Of a stretch of 64,000 nt of DNA, positions 13,527 to 26,265 are shown one piece after another. The notes under the pieces are model-generated. The model was not told the DNA's origin and searched no databases. It worked only from the letters and a program-made list of their open reading frames with translations. Origin of the DNA: Thelocarpon superellum (Eukaryota); the NCBI GenBank assembly GCA_026025795.1, contig JAPEUG010000033.1, forward strand, positions 1 to 64,000, read 5' to 3'. The stretch's first letter is position 1, and each line of letters begins with the position of its first letter. Made by a program: the position numbers and the translations under genes.

Positions 13527-16500
13527 ATGGCCTCCTTCCTCGAGCACGCGTACAGCTTGGTCCATCTAGACAATGCCGCGGACCAGCCGTCCTTGCAGGA
13601 GCTGAAGACCCAGCTGGAGAAAGGGACGGACGAGACCAAAGTGGACACAATGAAGCGTATCCTGACCGTCATGCTTAATGGCGATCCGATGCCCTCGTTG
13701 CTGATGCACATCATCCGCTTCGTCATGCCCTCCAAGAGCAAGCCCCTCAAAAAGCTGCTCTACTTTTACTACGAGATTTGTCCCAAGCTGGACGCCAGCG
13801 GAAAACTCAAGCAGGAGATGATCCTGGTCTGGTGTGTTCCTGCCCCCTCCCGTTCAGTGTCAATGTGCCCGCCGAAGCCGAATGGGGTGGTTAATGACAA
13901 GGTAGCAACGGGATCCGGAATGACCTCCAGCACGCCAATGAGTACATCCGGGGCAATACGTTACGCTTCCTGTGTAAGCTTCGCGAGCCAGAACTCATTG
14001 AACCCCTGCTCTCGTCGGCGCGCTCCTGCCTCGAACACCGCCACGCCTACGTGCGCAAGAACGCCGTCTTTGCCGTCTCCTCTATCTATACGCATTCGCC
14101 AAGCTTGATTCCCGACGCACCTGATCTGATCGCCACCTTTCTGGAGGCTGAGAGCGATCACACCTGCAAGCGGAACGCATTCGCGGCGTTAGTGAGCATT
14201 AGTCACGACAAGGCATTGGAGTACCTGAGCGGGGTCTTTGACGGCGTCCCCAATGCCGACGAGCTGCTGCAGCTGGTGGAGCTAGAGTTCATCCGCAAAG
14301 ATGCGCTGCAGAACTCGCAGAACAAAGCTCGCTATCTCCGCCTGATCTTCGATCTGCTTGAGGCCGGGGCCAGCACGGTGGTCTACGAGGCTGCGTCGTC
14401 GCTGACGTCGTTGACAAGCAACCCGGTGGCGATCAAAGCCGCGGCGGCCAAGTTTATCGAGCTGAGCATCAAAGAGGCCGACAACAACGTCAAGCTCATC
14501 GTCTTGGACCGAGTGGACCAGCTGCGGCAGCGCAATGAGGGAGTGCTGGACGACCTGACCATGGAGATCCTGCGCGTCCTCTCCAGTCCAGACATCGACG
14601 TGCGACGGAAGGCGTTGGCCATCGCCATGGAGATGGTGTCGAGCAAGAACGTGGAGGAGGTGGTGATGCTGCTGAAGAAGGAGCTCTCGAAGACCGTGGA
14701 CCAGGAGTACGAGAAGAACAACGAGTATCGCCAGCTCCTCATCCATTCCATTCATCAGTGCGCCATCAAGTTCTCCGAGGTGGCGGCCAGTGTGGTGGGA
14801 CTCCTCATGGACTTCATCGCGGACTTCAACAAGACCTCGGCCGTCGACGTGATCTCCTTCGTCAAGGAAGTGGTAGAGAAGTTCCCCCAGCTCCGGCCCA
14901 CCATCGTTGATCGCCTCGTATCCACGTTGAGCGAGGTGCGGGCAGGCAAGGTGTATCGTGGGGCCTTGTGGATCGTGGGCGAATACTCGCTCGAGGCTGG
15001 CGATATCCGCGAAGCCTGGAAACGCATCCGGGCCAGCCTCGGCGAGATCCCCATCCTCGCGTCGGAACAGCGGCTCCTGGACGAGGTGCCGGACGAGCGA
15101 GAGGCGGCCAAAGACCAAGTCAACGGACACACAAAGCCGGCGGCCCCGACGGGGTCGCGCAAGGTGCTGGCTGACGGCACCTATGCCACGGAGAGCGCCT
15201 TGACCAGCCAATCGGCGACGCAGGCCAAGCTAGAGGCCGTCAAGGCGGCGCAGAAGCCGCCGCTACGACAACTCATCCTCGACGGCGACTACTTCCTCGC
15301 GACGGTGCTCTCGTCCACGCTGACCAAGCTGGTGATGCGGCATTCGGAGATCTCGCAGGATACGGCGCGGACCAACGCGCTTCGCGCAGAGGCGATGCTG
15401 ATCATGATCTCCATCATCCGCGTCGGCCAGTCGCAGTTCGTCAAGGCGCCTATTGACGAGGACTCGGTGGACCGGATCATGTCGTGTGTGCGCTCGCTGG
15501 CGGAATTCTCGCAGAAGAAGGATTTGGAGACGGTCTTCCTGGACGACACGCGGAAAGCATTCCGGGCGATGGTACAGGTGGAGGAGAAGAAGCGGGTGGC
15601 CAAGGAGGCGGTGGCCAAGGCCAAGAACGCCGTGCAGGTGGACGATGTGGTGCCGATCCGACAGCTGGCCAACAAGTCGGCGGGCGATCACACGGACGAG
15701 ATCGAGCTCGACCTGGAAAAGGCCACCGGGGGCGACGCCATGGTGGAAGACCTCTCATCGAAGCTGAATCGGGTGGTGCAGCTTACCGGCTTCTCGGACC
15801 CGGTGTACGCGGAGGCGTACGTACAAGTGCACCAGTTCGACATCGTGCTGGACGTGCTCTTGGTCAACCAGACGACGGAGACGCTGCAGAACCTGTCGGT
15901 GGAGTTTGCGACGCTGGGAGACCTCAAGGTAGTGGAGCGACCGACGACGCAGAATCTGGCGCCACACGACTTCCACAACGTACAATCGACGGTCAAGGTG
16001 TCGTCGACGGATACGGGCGTCATCTTCGGCAACGTGGTCTACGATGGGCCGAGCTCGACCGAGTCCAACGTCGTCATCCTCAATGATGTACACGTGGATA
16101 TCATGGATTACATCCAGCCGGCGCACTGCACTGAGACGCAATTCCGATCCATGTGGACGGAGTTTGAGTGGGAGAACAAGGTCAACATCAACTCCAAGGC
16201 CAAGTCATTGCGACAGTTCTTGACGCAACTCATGGCCTGCACCAACATGACCTGTCTCACGCCCGAGGCCTCCTTGAAGGGCGATTGCCAATTCTTGAGC
16301 GCCAATCTCTACGCGCGCAGCGTCTTTGGTGAGTAGCCCACCTGGACGACGGCACCGGCCGCACGTAGATGGGGACGCGATGGCTGACACAGGGTACAGG
16401 AGAGGACGCACTGGCCAACCTGAGCATCGAGAAGGAAGGAGAGGATGGACCGGTGACGGGCTTCGTGCGGATCCGCAGCCGCTCGCAGGGCCTGGCGCTC

Positions 16501-16551
16501 AGCCTGGGCTCGTTGAAGGGGCTGAACAAGGTCGGCGAGGCAGCGGCGTAG
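13527..16551 (+). CDS. SEC26: Coatomer subunit beta (COPI)
   Basis: Motifs [54 protein letters not shown] and [15 protein letters not shown]. Two introns. Confidence 0.98.
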
Positions 16552-17367
16552 TCCTGATGAGGGAGTGATTCCGTGGACCTCCGGAGGCGGTCAAGCTTTC
16601 TCTGGTTCTGAGATGGGCATGCGAACATGGGCTGCACGGGCTGCATGCGCGGTGCAAGTGCAGGTGCATTGCTGCGTTGTCCGCGCTGACTTACGAGGGC
16701 ACGTACGAGGGGACGCCGGAAGGGTGCGGGCAAACGGTTGCTCCGGGGCACCGTGCGCCGGGCCAACAACCTATCATGACCGACGGTGCACGGGAGGGTC
16801 CAGGCGGGACTGATCGTGGTTACGGTCGAGGATGAATGGGCGACTGGGGTGCGGCCGCTTGGCTGACTGGTCGGGGAACGGTCTGTCATGGCTCGAGACT
16901 AGATAGCCTCCGATAAGATCTGATGAGTTGTCCGTTACGCGTGAGAGCGATCACTTTCGAAGTGCAGAGCCTGGCTTCTTGCGTCGGCTCGGGTCGATGC
17001 ATGCTTCCGTCGGCCGATTGGGTAACAGTCGGAGCTCGGAGAGATGGTTGACCCGTGCGGTCCTCGCAGCCCTCGTACACGTATGAATTACTTCACCCTC
17101 ATGTAATCCTATGCGAGTAGTCACTACGATCAACGGCAGTGGAGCGATGAAATTCCCCTACTCGTGCTGTGGGCACCACTAGCCCTACTACTAACGGCGG
17201 TAGCCAGCTCAAGCCCGCCTGCCAGTACTCATCCGGTAGATAGCTGCCATTTGCTACGACCGCCGGGACGAGGGACAAGATCGTCGCGACCATCATCCCT
17301 CCCTCCCGACTGTCCTCCCGCACGAGTTTGTGTGCGCCCTTCCTTTTCCACATCCTCCGTCGGAGCG

Positions 17368-18999
17368 ATGGGGAATCATGACCCACTTGCCGATCCCAGC
17401 ACCGATGACGTGAGCAAAGCTTACGGGCACGATGCGACCCTTACCCTGGGGAAAGACATCTCATTGACCCTGGGCACGGATGCCTTGATCGTGCTAGGTC
17501 AGTTGTCCGCCTCCTCAGCCCCGCCCGCTGCTGATGCGTTCTTCCAGATGAAAGCTACCAGAAGCGCGATCGGGACGATTGCTGTGGTTTTCTCCGCCAG
17601 GGTGGGTCTCGTGATCGTCCTGGTCCGCACTTGCTGATCGCCATACGTAGCAGGAAAGAAGGCCACACGCGCGATTCCCTTCTACAACGTCTTGTGGGTG
17701 GAAGTGTCGGAGCGAGCTCTTTCAATTCAATATGCCAAGCCTACTTCCAAGACCGTCGTCGTGGCGGACACTGTCCAATACGCGATCGATGAGGTCACCC
17801 GGCCACCGGTGACCATTTGGGCTGGCCGACTCCTGGAACGGGCGTATGGCCCATCGCAGAAAGTCAAGCGTCTGAAGGTCTTGGTGAACCCCTTCAGTGG
17901 CACCGGTGGAGCGCAGAAGTGGTACGCTCGGGAGATCGAGCCACTCTTCCGAGCGGCCCAGTGTGCCATCGACGTGGAGCAGACGCAGTTCCAAGGTCAT
18001 GCTGTCGACATCGCAAAGGAGCTCGATATTGACGCCTACGATGTCATCGTGAGCTGTTCCGGCGACGGCCTCCCACATGAGGTCTTCAACGGGCTCGGCC
18101 AGCGACAAGACGCCAAGAAGGCCTTGGCCCAAGTCGCCCTGGCGCAGCTGCCGTGTGGCTCGGGCAACGCCATGAGCTGGAATCTCTACGGCACGGACAG
18201 CCCGAGCCTGGCAGCGCTCGGCGTGATCAAGGGCCTTCGAACGCCGTTGGATCTAGTGTCCATCACCCAGGACCACCGACGAACTCTGTCCTTCTTGTCG
18301 CAGTCGGTCGGCGTCGTTGCCGAGACGGACCTGGGCACCGAGAACCTGCGATGGATGGGCGGCGCTCGCTTCACCTTTGGATTTTTGGTGCGGCTCTTGG
18401 GCAAGACGGTATATCCGTGTGACATTGCCATCCAGGTCGAGGTGCCAGATAAGGTGGCTATCCGTGGAAAATTTCGACAGGAGCTCGGGAATCTCACCCC
18501 GGCGGAGGAGCGTCGTGACGATCCGTCGACTTCATCGACCGCAGACATGGACCAAGAGGGACTCCCTCCACTCCGATACGGAACGGTGACGGATGATCTT
18601 CCATCTGGCTGGGCCATGGTTCCCTACGACAAGCTGGGCAACTTCTACGCCGGCAACATGGCGTACATGGCTGCCGATGCCAACTTCTTCCCTGCTGCCC
18701 TTCCCAACGATGGCTGTCTAGATCTCGTGTGCATCGACGGCGACATCAGCCGCCTGGCAGCGATCCAGGCCCTCACCGCCGTGGGCAAGGGCACCTTCTT
18801 CGACATGGACCAAGTCTCGTACCGCAAGATTCTCGGCTATCGCATCATTCCCAGAGGACGGGACTCAGGATACATCAGCATCGACGGCGAACGCATCCCG
18901 TTTGAGCCTTTTCAGGCCGAGGTGCACCGCGGCCTTGGCACCGTTTTGTCCAAGTCGGGCCATCTGTATGAGGCAGAGGGGGTTGAACCAAAAGCGTAG
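17368..18999 (+). CDS. LCB4: Sphingoid long-chain base kinase (Lcb4/Lcb5 family, DAGK domain)
   Basis: Motifs VLVNPFSGTG, SGDGLPHEVFNGL, PCGSGNAM, RWMGGARF and ISIDGE. Confidence 0.93.
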
Positions 19000-19231
19000 G
19001 GTCTGGCCGGGCTCGGGGTCAATGGTATGGGGGGCGGTGCTCTGGGCGTTTGGGCGCTCCCATTGATCTCGTTCTGGGGACAGGGGGTTTACACCGCGTG
19101 GGGAATTGCCAGGTATACCCCGCTGAGATGCTGAAGACTTTGTTCAGTATGGATTGAGCACACATGAAGATGAGCCTTTGTGCCTGCCATGCTTCTATCA
19201 CTTGCAAAACTCCCATGCACCCAGCCGGATC

Positions 19232-20163
19232 TCACGAGTCCAGTCCGTGCCACTCCGCATCTGCCGCGACATCTCCGGTTGCGACTGGGCTGTCCACGAC
19301 GCTCTCGGCGTCTCCCGAGTCCCGCGGACCATCCCAGCGCTGCAACTTCTCATCATCCAGCGCCTCTTTCGCTCTCGACCTAACACTCTTCGTCGGACTT
19401 TTCGCCGCCAGCTCTCTCAGCGGCCGCAGCAGGATCTCCAAGGGTGCTTTCCCGCTCCGGGGCGTATCTACATGATCGAGCTCCGTCACAAAGATGTCAA
19501 TGACATGGTACCGCAAGCCGTCGGGAGTTTTGACCTCTGTAGGGCTCAGCGGGATGGATGAGAGGAGGGTGGCGTGTGCGCGTGCCACGTCCGCGGCCCA
19601 GTCGGCCGATCTCAGATGTCGAAACGAGGCGGCGAGGTAGGTTCGTACCAGATGTAGAAACTTGTCCATTCTGTGCCGGTCAGACGGGCGAAACGATCGA
19701 GAGAGGCTCAGAGTCTTGCTCTTGAGGAGTAGGTACGCACCGCAACACGTCAATGCCGTTCCACTCCCGGGCCGTAGTCGTCCAAAATGCGTGCAGGAAG
19801 GGAATGACGTTCTGGCCGGGGAGGACATCGACCAGCCCCGCCAAGTCCACCGCGAGTCTCTGCTGCGTCCTCGCTCGATCACTCATCCACATGCCTGGAG
19901 CTCTGTCGTCAGTCTATGGATCGGCGATGGCGGGACGCAAGGGTCGGCGAACAGAAGAATAAGCCCTTCCATAGCTTCAACCATTCGAGCTCGCTGAGCT
20001 GTCGTCGTCCACTGAGGTATGTCCGCAGGCCGGCCACGGCCTTGTCTCGTGTTGGGCGATCTGCCATCTTCTCAGCGCGCGTCTTGACCAATGGGGGATA
20101 CTCAGCTATACCATTTGCCGCCAACTGCTTGACGAACGGGGTTTGCTGAATGTCGGAGGTCAT
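19232..20163 (-). CDS. RRP1: Nucleolar rRNA processing protein Rrp1/Nop52
   Basis: Motifs FVKQLAANDRPTRDKAV, LKLWKGLFFCMWMSDR and REWNGIDVLRMDKF. Three introns. Confidence 0.93.
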
Positions 20164-20758
20164 GATGTTAGGGGATCCTCTGCGTTGTGCATCACGAGGA
20201 TGATGTACAAGACGGTGTTCGGGAACCCTTCTTAGGTACGTAATGGAAAGGAACGGGAGGGCCTCTTGAATAGTCAAGTAGGTCGTCGTGATTAGATTGG
20301 GGAGAGTTTCTTCGTCTTAGGCCGATCGCGCGTGTATCCTCAGGAGCGCCTCTTGACTCTCAGCACGTTGTTGAGCTATTCTTGCGAGAGGCCCCATGAA
20401 TATTCTGTTAATCTAGTTGAGACACACTTGGCGATCCCCAGATTATTCTACGTGCATAGGGAAGTCTCTAGGAGAGCCTACGATCGAAAATGACGTCGAT
20501 AGACCCTGCCAAATAGGGTTGAAACCCCCCTATTCACGCCTGGACAACTCTCGACTTTTGACCGAGCTAGGATCACGTGCTGGTAGTCTCAAGCGAGACT
20601 GTCGGCTATAGATTCCTATTTGGCCACCGCTGATAGTTTCCGGAGAAACCTTGTTCCTCTCATTCCCCGCAATCACCAGATACCACGTGATGCGGCTGTA
20701 GTTGCACCTTCTCGGATAATCCTTCCTCCGCCAATCGCAGGCGGATCTCACCACCACG

Positions 20759-22215
20759 ATGGCCGGCGTGAAGCAAGGTACCAGAAAGGTAACAACAGCT
20801 AAGCGAGGAGCCCGCCAGACCAACAAGGCTGCTCCCGACAGCCCAGCAGCTCCTACTTCCTCTCAATCCTCACCAAAGCCCAAGCGCCCCCGCGAGGCTG
20901 GCAAGAGAAAGGCTGAGGTGAGGTACTCGAGCGAAGACTCGGGGTCGGGGCCGGTTCTGCTCCGACGATCGGCCCGCATCCGGGACAAGAGGTGGGATAC
21001 CGCCGCAAAGGTGGAGGCCGACGACGAGGTCAGTGAGTCGAGATCTCTCCCGTCTAGCCTTCTAATTGCGTCACAGGCCCAAGCCCAAAGACACGCGCGG
21101 GAGCCGCCTCAACATGAGGCCTCAGAGCGTGTTTATCGGGCGACCGCGATGAGCGATAGCTCATCTGAATCTTCCGGTATGGTCTCGTCGGATCTCAACG
21201 TTACAATGGTTCTGACGCGTAGATCTTAGAGGAGTGGGGAGACGATAAGCGCCCAGCTATCACGACCGCCTCACGTACCGTGACCATGCCGACGATCCCA
21301 GTTTCTTCTGGGCCCGTGGAGCCACTCCCGAGCCAGCTTACTAGGCTGGGTGGACCCGCCGTGCGGGTGGTACCGCGGACAGACTCGGCAGAGCGATTCC
21401 CGCCGGCCACCTTCCGAGTGATCGCCGAATGCGTCTTGGGCCAAGGGGTGGAGAGAGTGTCGGCCGAGGTCATGGAGGGCTGCACCTGCAAGGTGGAGAA
21501 CGGACGAAGCGTGGGATGCGAGTACCTCCTATGCTCGTGTCTGTCACAAGCGGCGAAGAAGCGATTTCCCTACACGGCCACGGGTCCGAACAAAGGGACG
21601 CTCCGGACTTGCCATCTCCGGACGCGGGACGCGATCTTCGAGTGCAATCCGCTCTGCAACTGCAGGGACAACTGCAAGAACAAACTGGTGCAGTGGGGCC
21701 GCCAGGTGCCGCTGGAGATCTTCCATACGGGCAACCGGGGATGGGGACTCCGGTGCCCCGTGGATCTCCGACAAGGCGACTTCGTCGATACATACCGCGG
21801 CGAGATCATCACGGAGGAAGAGTGCCATCAGCGAGATCAAACTAGACAGGTTAGAGACGTCTATACCTTCAGCCTGGACAAGTTCCAGGACGACAACGAG
21901 AACAACGAGTGGGCCATGACGCACAAATACGTCATCGACGGCGAGTATGTGGGCGGACCGACGCGCTACATCAATCATTCGTGCAACCCGAACCTCAAGC
22001 AGTTTACGGTGTCCTACAACCATTCGGATCCATGCATCTACGACCTGGCCTTCTTCACCAAGCGCTTCGTCCCGGCGTTTACGGAGCTCACGTTTGACTA
22101 CATGGGACGTGATGACGAGGAGGTAGATGACGAAGACGAGGGGCATGAGGGAGATGAGGGACGAATCCGTTGTCTCTGCGGCGAGCCCAACTGTCGAAAG
22201 TTTCTCTGGGGATGA
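20759..22215 (+). CDS. dim-5: DIM-5/Clr4-type histone H3K9 methyltransferase (pre-SET, SET, post-SET)
   Basis: Nine-Cys pre-SET region, NRGWGLR, RYINHSCNPN, ELTFDY and post-SET CLCGEPNCRKFLW. The basic N-terminal exons are less certain. Confidence 0.88.
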
Positions 22216-23506
22216 CCAGACGAGTCCTTGAGACGATCAACCGAGCGTAAGCACGACCACGAAAGATGAGATATGACAGATGGAAGGAAACGACACGATT
22301 TCAGCGGTGCGAGCGGATGAAGCGACCGAACCTGACTACCACGACACCCTCTGGATCCTCAATCATCCTCGTCTTTCCGCAGGTGCTGCATTACATTCTA
22401 CTGTTCGTCATTGCATGCTCTTGCATGCTCGTGCCTCATCGTTCTCGCTATTCTCACCATTCTCGTCATCGTCGCCTCTTTCAAGCCTTGGTATCATAGC
22501 CAGTAGGCACCGGCAGAAGCATCGGCAAAGCAGGACGATCAGCAGCAGGCCCAGGACCAGAAGCAAGCGAGAGGGAGAGAGGAGTGCATGGTCCAACCCG
22601 CGATCAAAAGGACTGATTTGAGACAAGAGGAGAAGCAGAGGGGGAGGGAGGAGACATGTACTCCAGCGAGCGTTTTGCCATACCCCTCTTTACATTCATT
22701 TCATCTCGGATCCCCGGTGTCATTGCTTGTCTTCTCTTGCTTTCTGCTGCCCTGCCAGCGAGCGAGCGGAGAGATCAGATCCGCACTAGAGAAGGGAAGA
22801 GAAGATTGATTACCCTGGCTCGCACGAAGAACCCTCGAGCTCAAGTCGAGTGACTACGTCAAGTAATCAACTGCTCCAAGTGAGACGATGATAAGAGGGA
22901 AGTAAGATGAAACATGGTAAGATTGAATGATTTCTTCTCACCCAAGGTGGCTAACCTATCCTCATTGTCCCCCACTGGCCTTGTGACAGCTCAAACCAAC
23001 GCTTGAGTCAGGTCAATCAATTTATACTCAAAAACGACAACGCTACCAATTCGTCCGCTTCGTCCGTCTAACGCCCGCCAAATAGAGTATCGCGCACATC
23101 TCGCCTGGGGAATGGGGAATCAAAAAGCGACCCAGTGTCTCGCTCAAAGGTATCGAAGAAGTCCATCTTCCTGTCCTACATGAAGAGGAAGGGTAGAAGG
23201 AGTGGAAGAAGTGAAATGAAGTGAAGTGAAGTGGATCAGGTGAAGCCAGGTGGAGCCGGGTGAAGCGAAGTAATAAGAGAGACAAGTCGCTGGGCACTCC
23301 TCCTCCTCCTCCTCTCCTCTCTCTTCCTTGTTGTTGTTGCATCGCTATTGATATCACTTCGTGTCTTGATCCACGTAACGAATGGTAAGTGGATCATGGG
23401 TTGGTGTGGACTGTAAGTCGTCCTCGTCGTGTTAGAGGAGGTGACTGGGGAAGAGCGAGTGGTTTCGACTTGGTCGTCGCCGTCGTCATCGGAGAAGAGT
23501 GCGGAA

Positions 23507-23902
23507 TCATCTCAGCCGTGCGTCGAGACCACCAAAGAGATCAAATGGTCGAGGCTCCAGGACGTCAAGGCCGGCACCAAATATCTTGCGTTCCTTCTCC
23601 TGTTCGAGCACCGGGTCGAGGAGGAGCAGGCTGTTGATGGACGACGTCGCGGACGAGCCCTGACCCATCATGAGCAAGCCGGACATCTCGCTGCTGTGGC
23701 TTGGTGGAAGAATGGCCTGATACGAGCAGCGCGAGGAAGCGGTGCGGGTGGTTGAAGTCGGCGAGGAGCATCGCATGACGGGCGACGAGGAAGCGGACGT
23801 GGTAGAGGAAGAGGTTGATTTACTCGTGTTCGATCGGAACAGACCGCGCAGAGAGGCTCGGGAGAAGGTCGAGCGTAGGCCGGGGAATCGCGAGGAGTGC
23901 AT
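23507..23902 (-). CDS. Small Ser-rich uncharacterised protein (131 aa)
   Basis: Single-exon ATG ORF. The C-terminal E..RKIFG..L.VLEPRP..FGGL motif resembles small conserved fungal hypothetical proteins (recollection, unverified). Confidence 0.6.
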   Translation of the reverse strand: MHSSRFPGLRSTFSRASLRGLFRSNTSKSTSSSTTSASSSPVMRCSSPTSTTRTASSRCSYQAILPPSHSSEMSGLLMMGQGSSATSSINSLLLLDPVLEQEKERKIFGAGLDVLEPRPFDLFGGLDARLR

Positions 23903-24346
23903 CGTCTATACGTCGAAATCGAGACTGAGGTCAAAGGTCGATGTCACCGCTGTCACGGTAACTGGGCTGGTCGACTCGTGCTTGGTCGGTAGGGATGGTG
24001 GTAGTAGGGATCGTGTGGTCGGGGTGGTGACGTTGGTTGTCTCGGTAAACGGTGTGGAATTCGTGGTGATATGGTGAAGATAATCCAGCTTCAATGAAGG
24101 GTATCCGCGCTACCAGAGGACACCTTATGTAGACTCCGCTCGCATCCGTTGCATGGTCCAGCCGAATAGCACAGGGTGGTGGAGATGCGTAATGCGACGA
24201 CGTCAATTCCCCTGGAAGGAATCAAGCAGGGTAGTCCTAGCGAACTGGGGATGGAGGGGGTTGGCTGCGTAAGGGCCGTCCGTGCGTCTGTATGGTCGCA
24301 ATGTTTTGCTTGGATACGGGGGGGTGGAGGCGAATGGCGAATTAAT

Positions 24347-24380
24347 GCGAAAGGCGAAATGCGAAATGCGAAATGCGAGA
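24347..24380. repeat. (GCGAAAT)n heptamer repeat in a long intergenic region
   Basis: About five copies: gcgaaag gcgaaat gcgaaat gcgaaat gcgaga. Confidence 0.8.
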
Positions 24381-26265
24381 TCCTGCTCCTACCAAGCCAA
24401 TGCGTATGGCGGTGGGTGGGCCTAACGAAGTACAGGAAGGGGGAAAAAAGAAGGGCAGGCGAAGCACTGGCACGAAGGAGCTAGCCTTCCGTGGTCGTCG
24501 TGGAATGTGCTTTATGCCCTGACAGCGACTGTGGAGCACCGGGCTCTCGTCATCAGTAAGGAGAGGGGGGAAAGGGAGGAAGAAGACGGCGGATGGGCCA
24601 CGGCGGCGGGACCGCCACGTTAAGTAATGTAATCAATCATCTCGTCATCGGCATGGCGTCCGTGTGCATGGCCGTATCCGCCTCGCCATCGGCAATCCCC
24701 GCCTCCGCAGTAAGGAGTGCTGGCCTCACCATCATCTCCCCTGCCGTGGATGGGACGTTGGAAGGGGTGGGGGAGGTTGGACGTTGCGTGCCAAATCTGC
24801 GCATCTGCACATCTGCACCTCGGCGAATGACCCAGCGGACGACAGAGTACCCGCGGTGCGGGTAACTCGCAGGGGGGTACGGTGACTGTCACCTCCAGCG
24901 ATCGTCCAGTCCTCACCGCCGGACGACACCGACCCATCCCCGCTCTACTTGTCCGCCAGGTAGTTCGATGCGGCGGGGTGTTATTGGAGGCGAGTCGAGT
25001 AATTTGGGAAGTGTCACAGATTCGTGTGTTGGGCCAGCGGTAGCGGGGTGGCCCCCGGCCTGTGGCCACGCCGAAGATAGATGAGCGACATCATCCGACG
25101 CAGGGGCGAGTATGAGACCGCGGCGCCACCTCGACACCCCATTGGCGGCCCACGGGAGCCTCGCGAAATGCTCCACCCAACGCCGGCCACGCGTGCGTGA
25201 GGCGAGGCATCGGCCGAAAGTATCGACGCCCCTCTCGTCGACTTCGAACGATGGATGTTGGGTCCAGAGTCGACGCGAGACAGCACCCGTCCTTGCCGAG
25301 CATGAACAAAGTCACGCTACGAGGATCGAGACGACTTGGCCTTTTGCCGACCGTGACTCCGTGCGCATCGTCCCTCCGACTCGTACTACGAGTATGTTAC
25401 CATTCTGTCGTAGCATGGCAACAGGAGGATGCGAGGAGTAGCCTGTAGCATTAGCTGCAGCGGCCATCCACGCTCGTCCAGGTCGTCGATCTCGTCTCGG
25501 TCCCGGCAGAAAACATCAGGGTCCGGTTGAGGGGGAATAAGATTATGAAGATTCCTTCAGCGACGTGTCAGGACCGGAGCTTGCCGACCGTCGCCGCTCC
25601 CATCCGTGCCCATTGGGCCCATTGGTGCCACGCCTGGCCTCATCCCCTCACTGCTTAGCTCTCGTCCGCGTTCAAACCGTCGATTGCCCTCGGCTCCGAT
25701 CATCGCGTCTTGAGGGCTCGCGATCGACAGTCGCCACCGCGGCAACCAATGCTCGGGGCGATGAGATGGAAGATTTCCCACCCCCAGTGGAAGCACGATT
25801 CCGCAGACGCATGCTTTGTGATAGGGTCGGCGACCAGGCTGGATTGGGTCTTGGTCGGGTGGACTATCTAAGTAACGTTGCTTTGCACCAATCCTCTGAC
25901 CAGAGTCGCTATCGTATCCGTCTCGTGATTCCTCCCGACGCCTTCATGCCCCCCCCCGAACTGGAACAGACCGCCACCATGCCAGAAATCACCACCGTCT
26001 AGTTGGCCTGGTCCGGCCCCGGCAGAACAGCGCCGGTCATGGCGCAGCCGGTACTAAAATTACACCCACTTGATGCACCGGCGACGACCCCAGCAGCGCC
26101 CCGTTGAAACGGGCCGTTGAAACAACTGCGCCTGAGTCGGAGTCCCGAGCCCAGCCCATCATGCCCTCGCACGCCTTATTCATGCGATCCTGCTCGTGAA
26201 ACCTCCCTCATCGTCCAGCATCATGCGGCGCTCCTCGACGAGAGGCGCCCGCGACCTGAGCGCCC

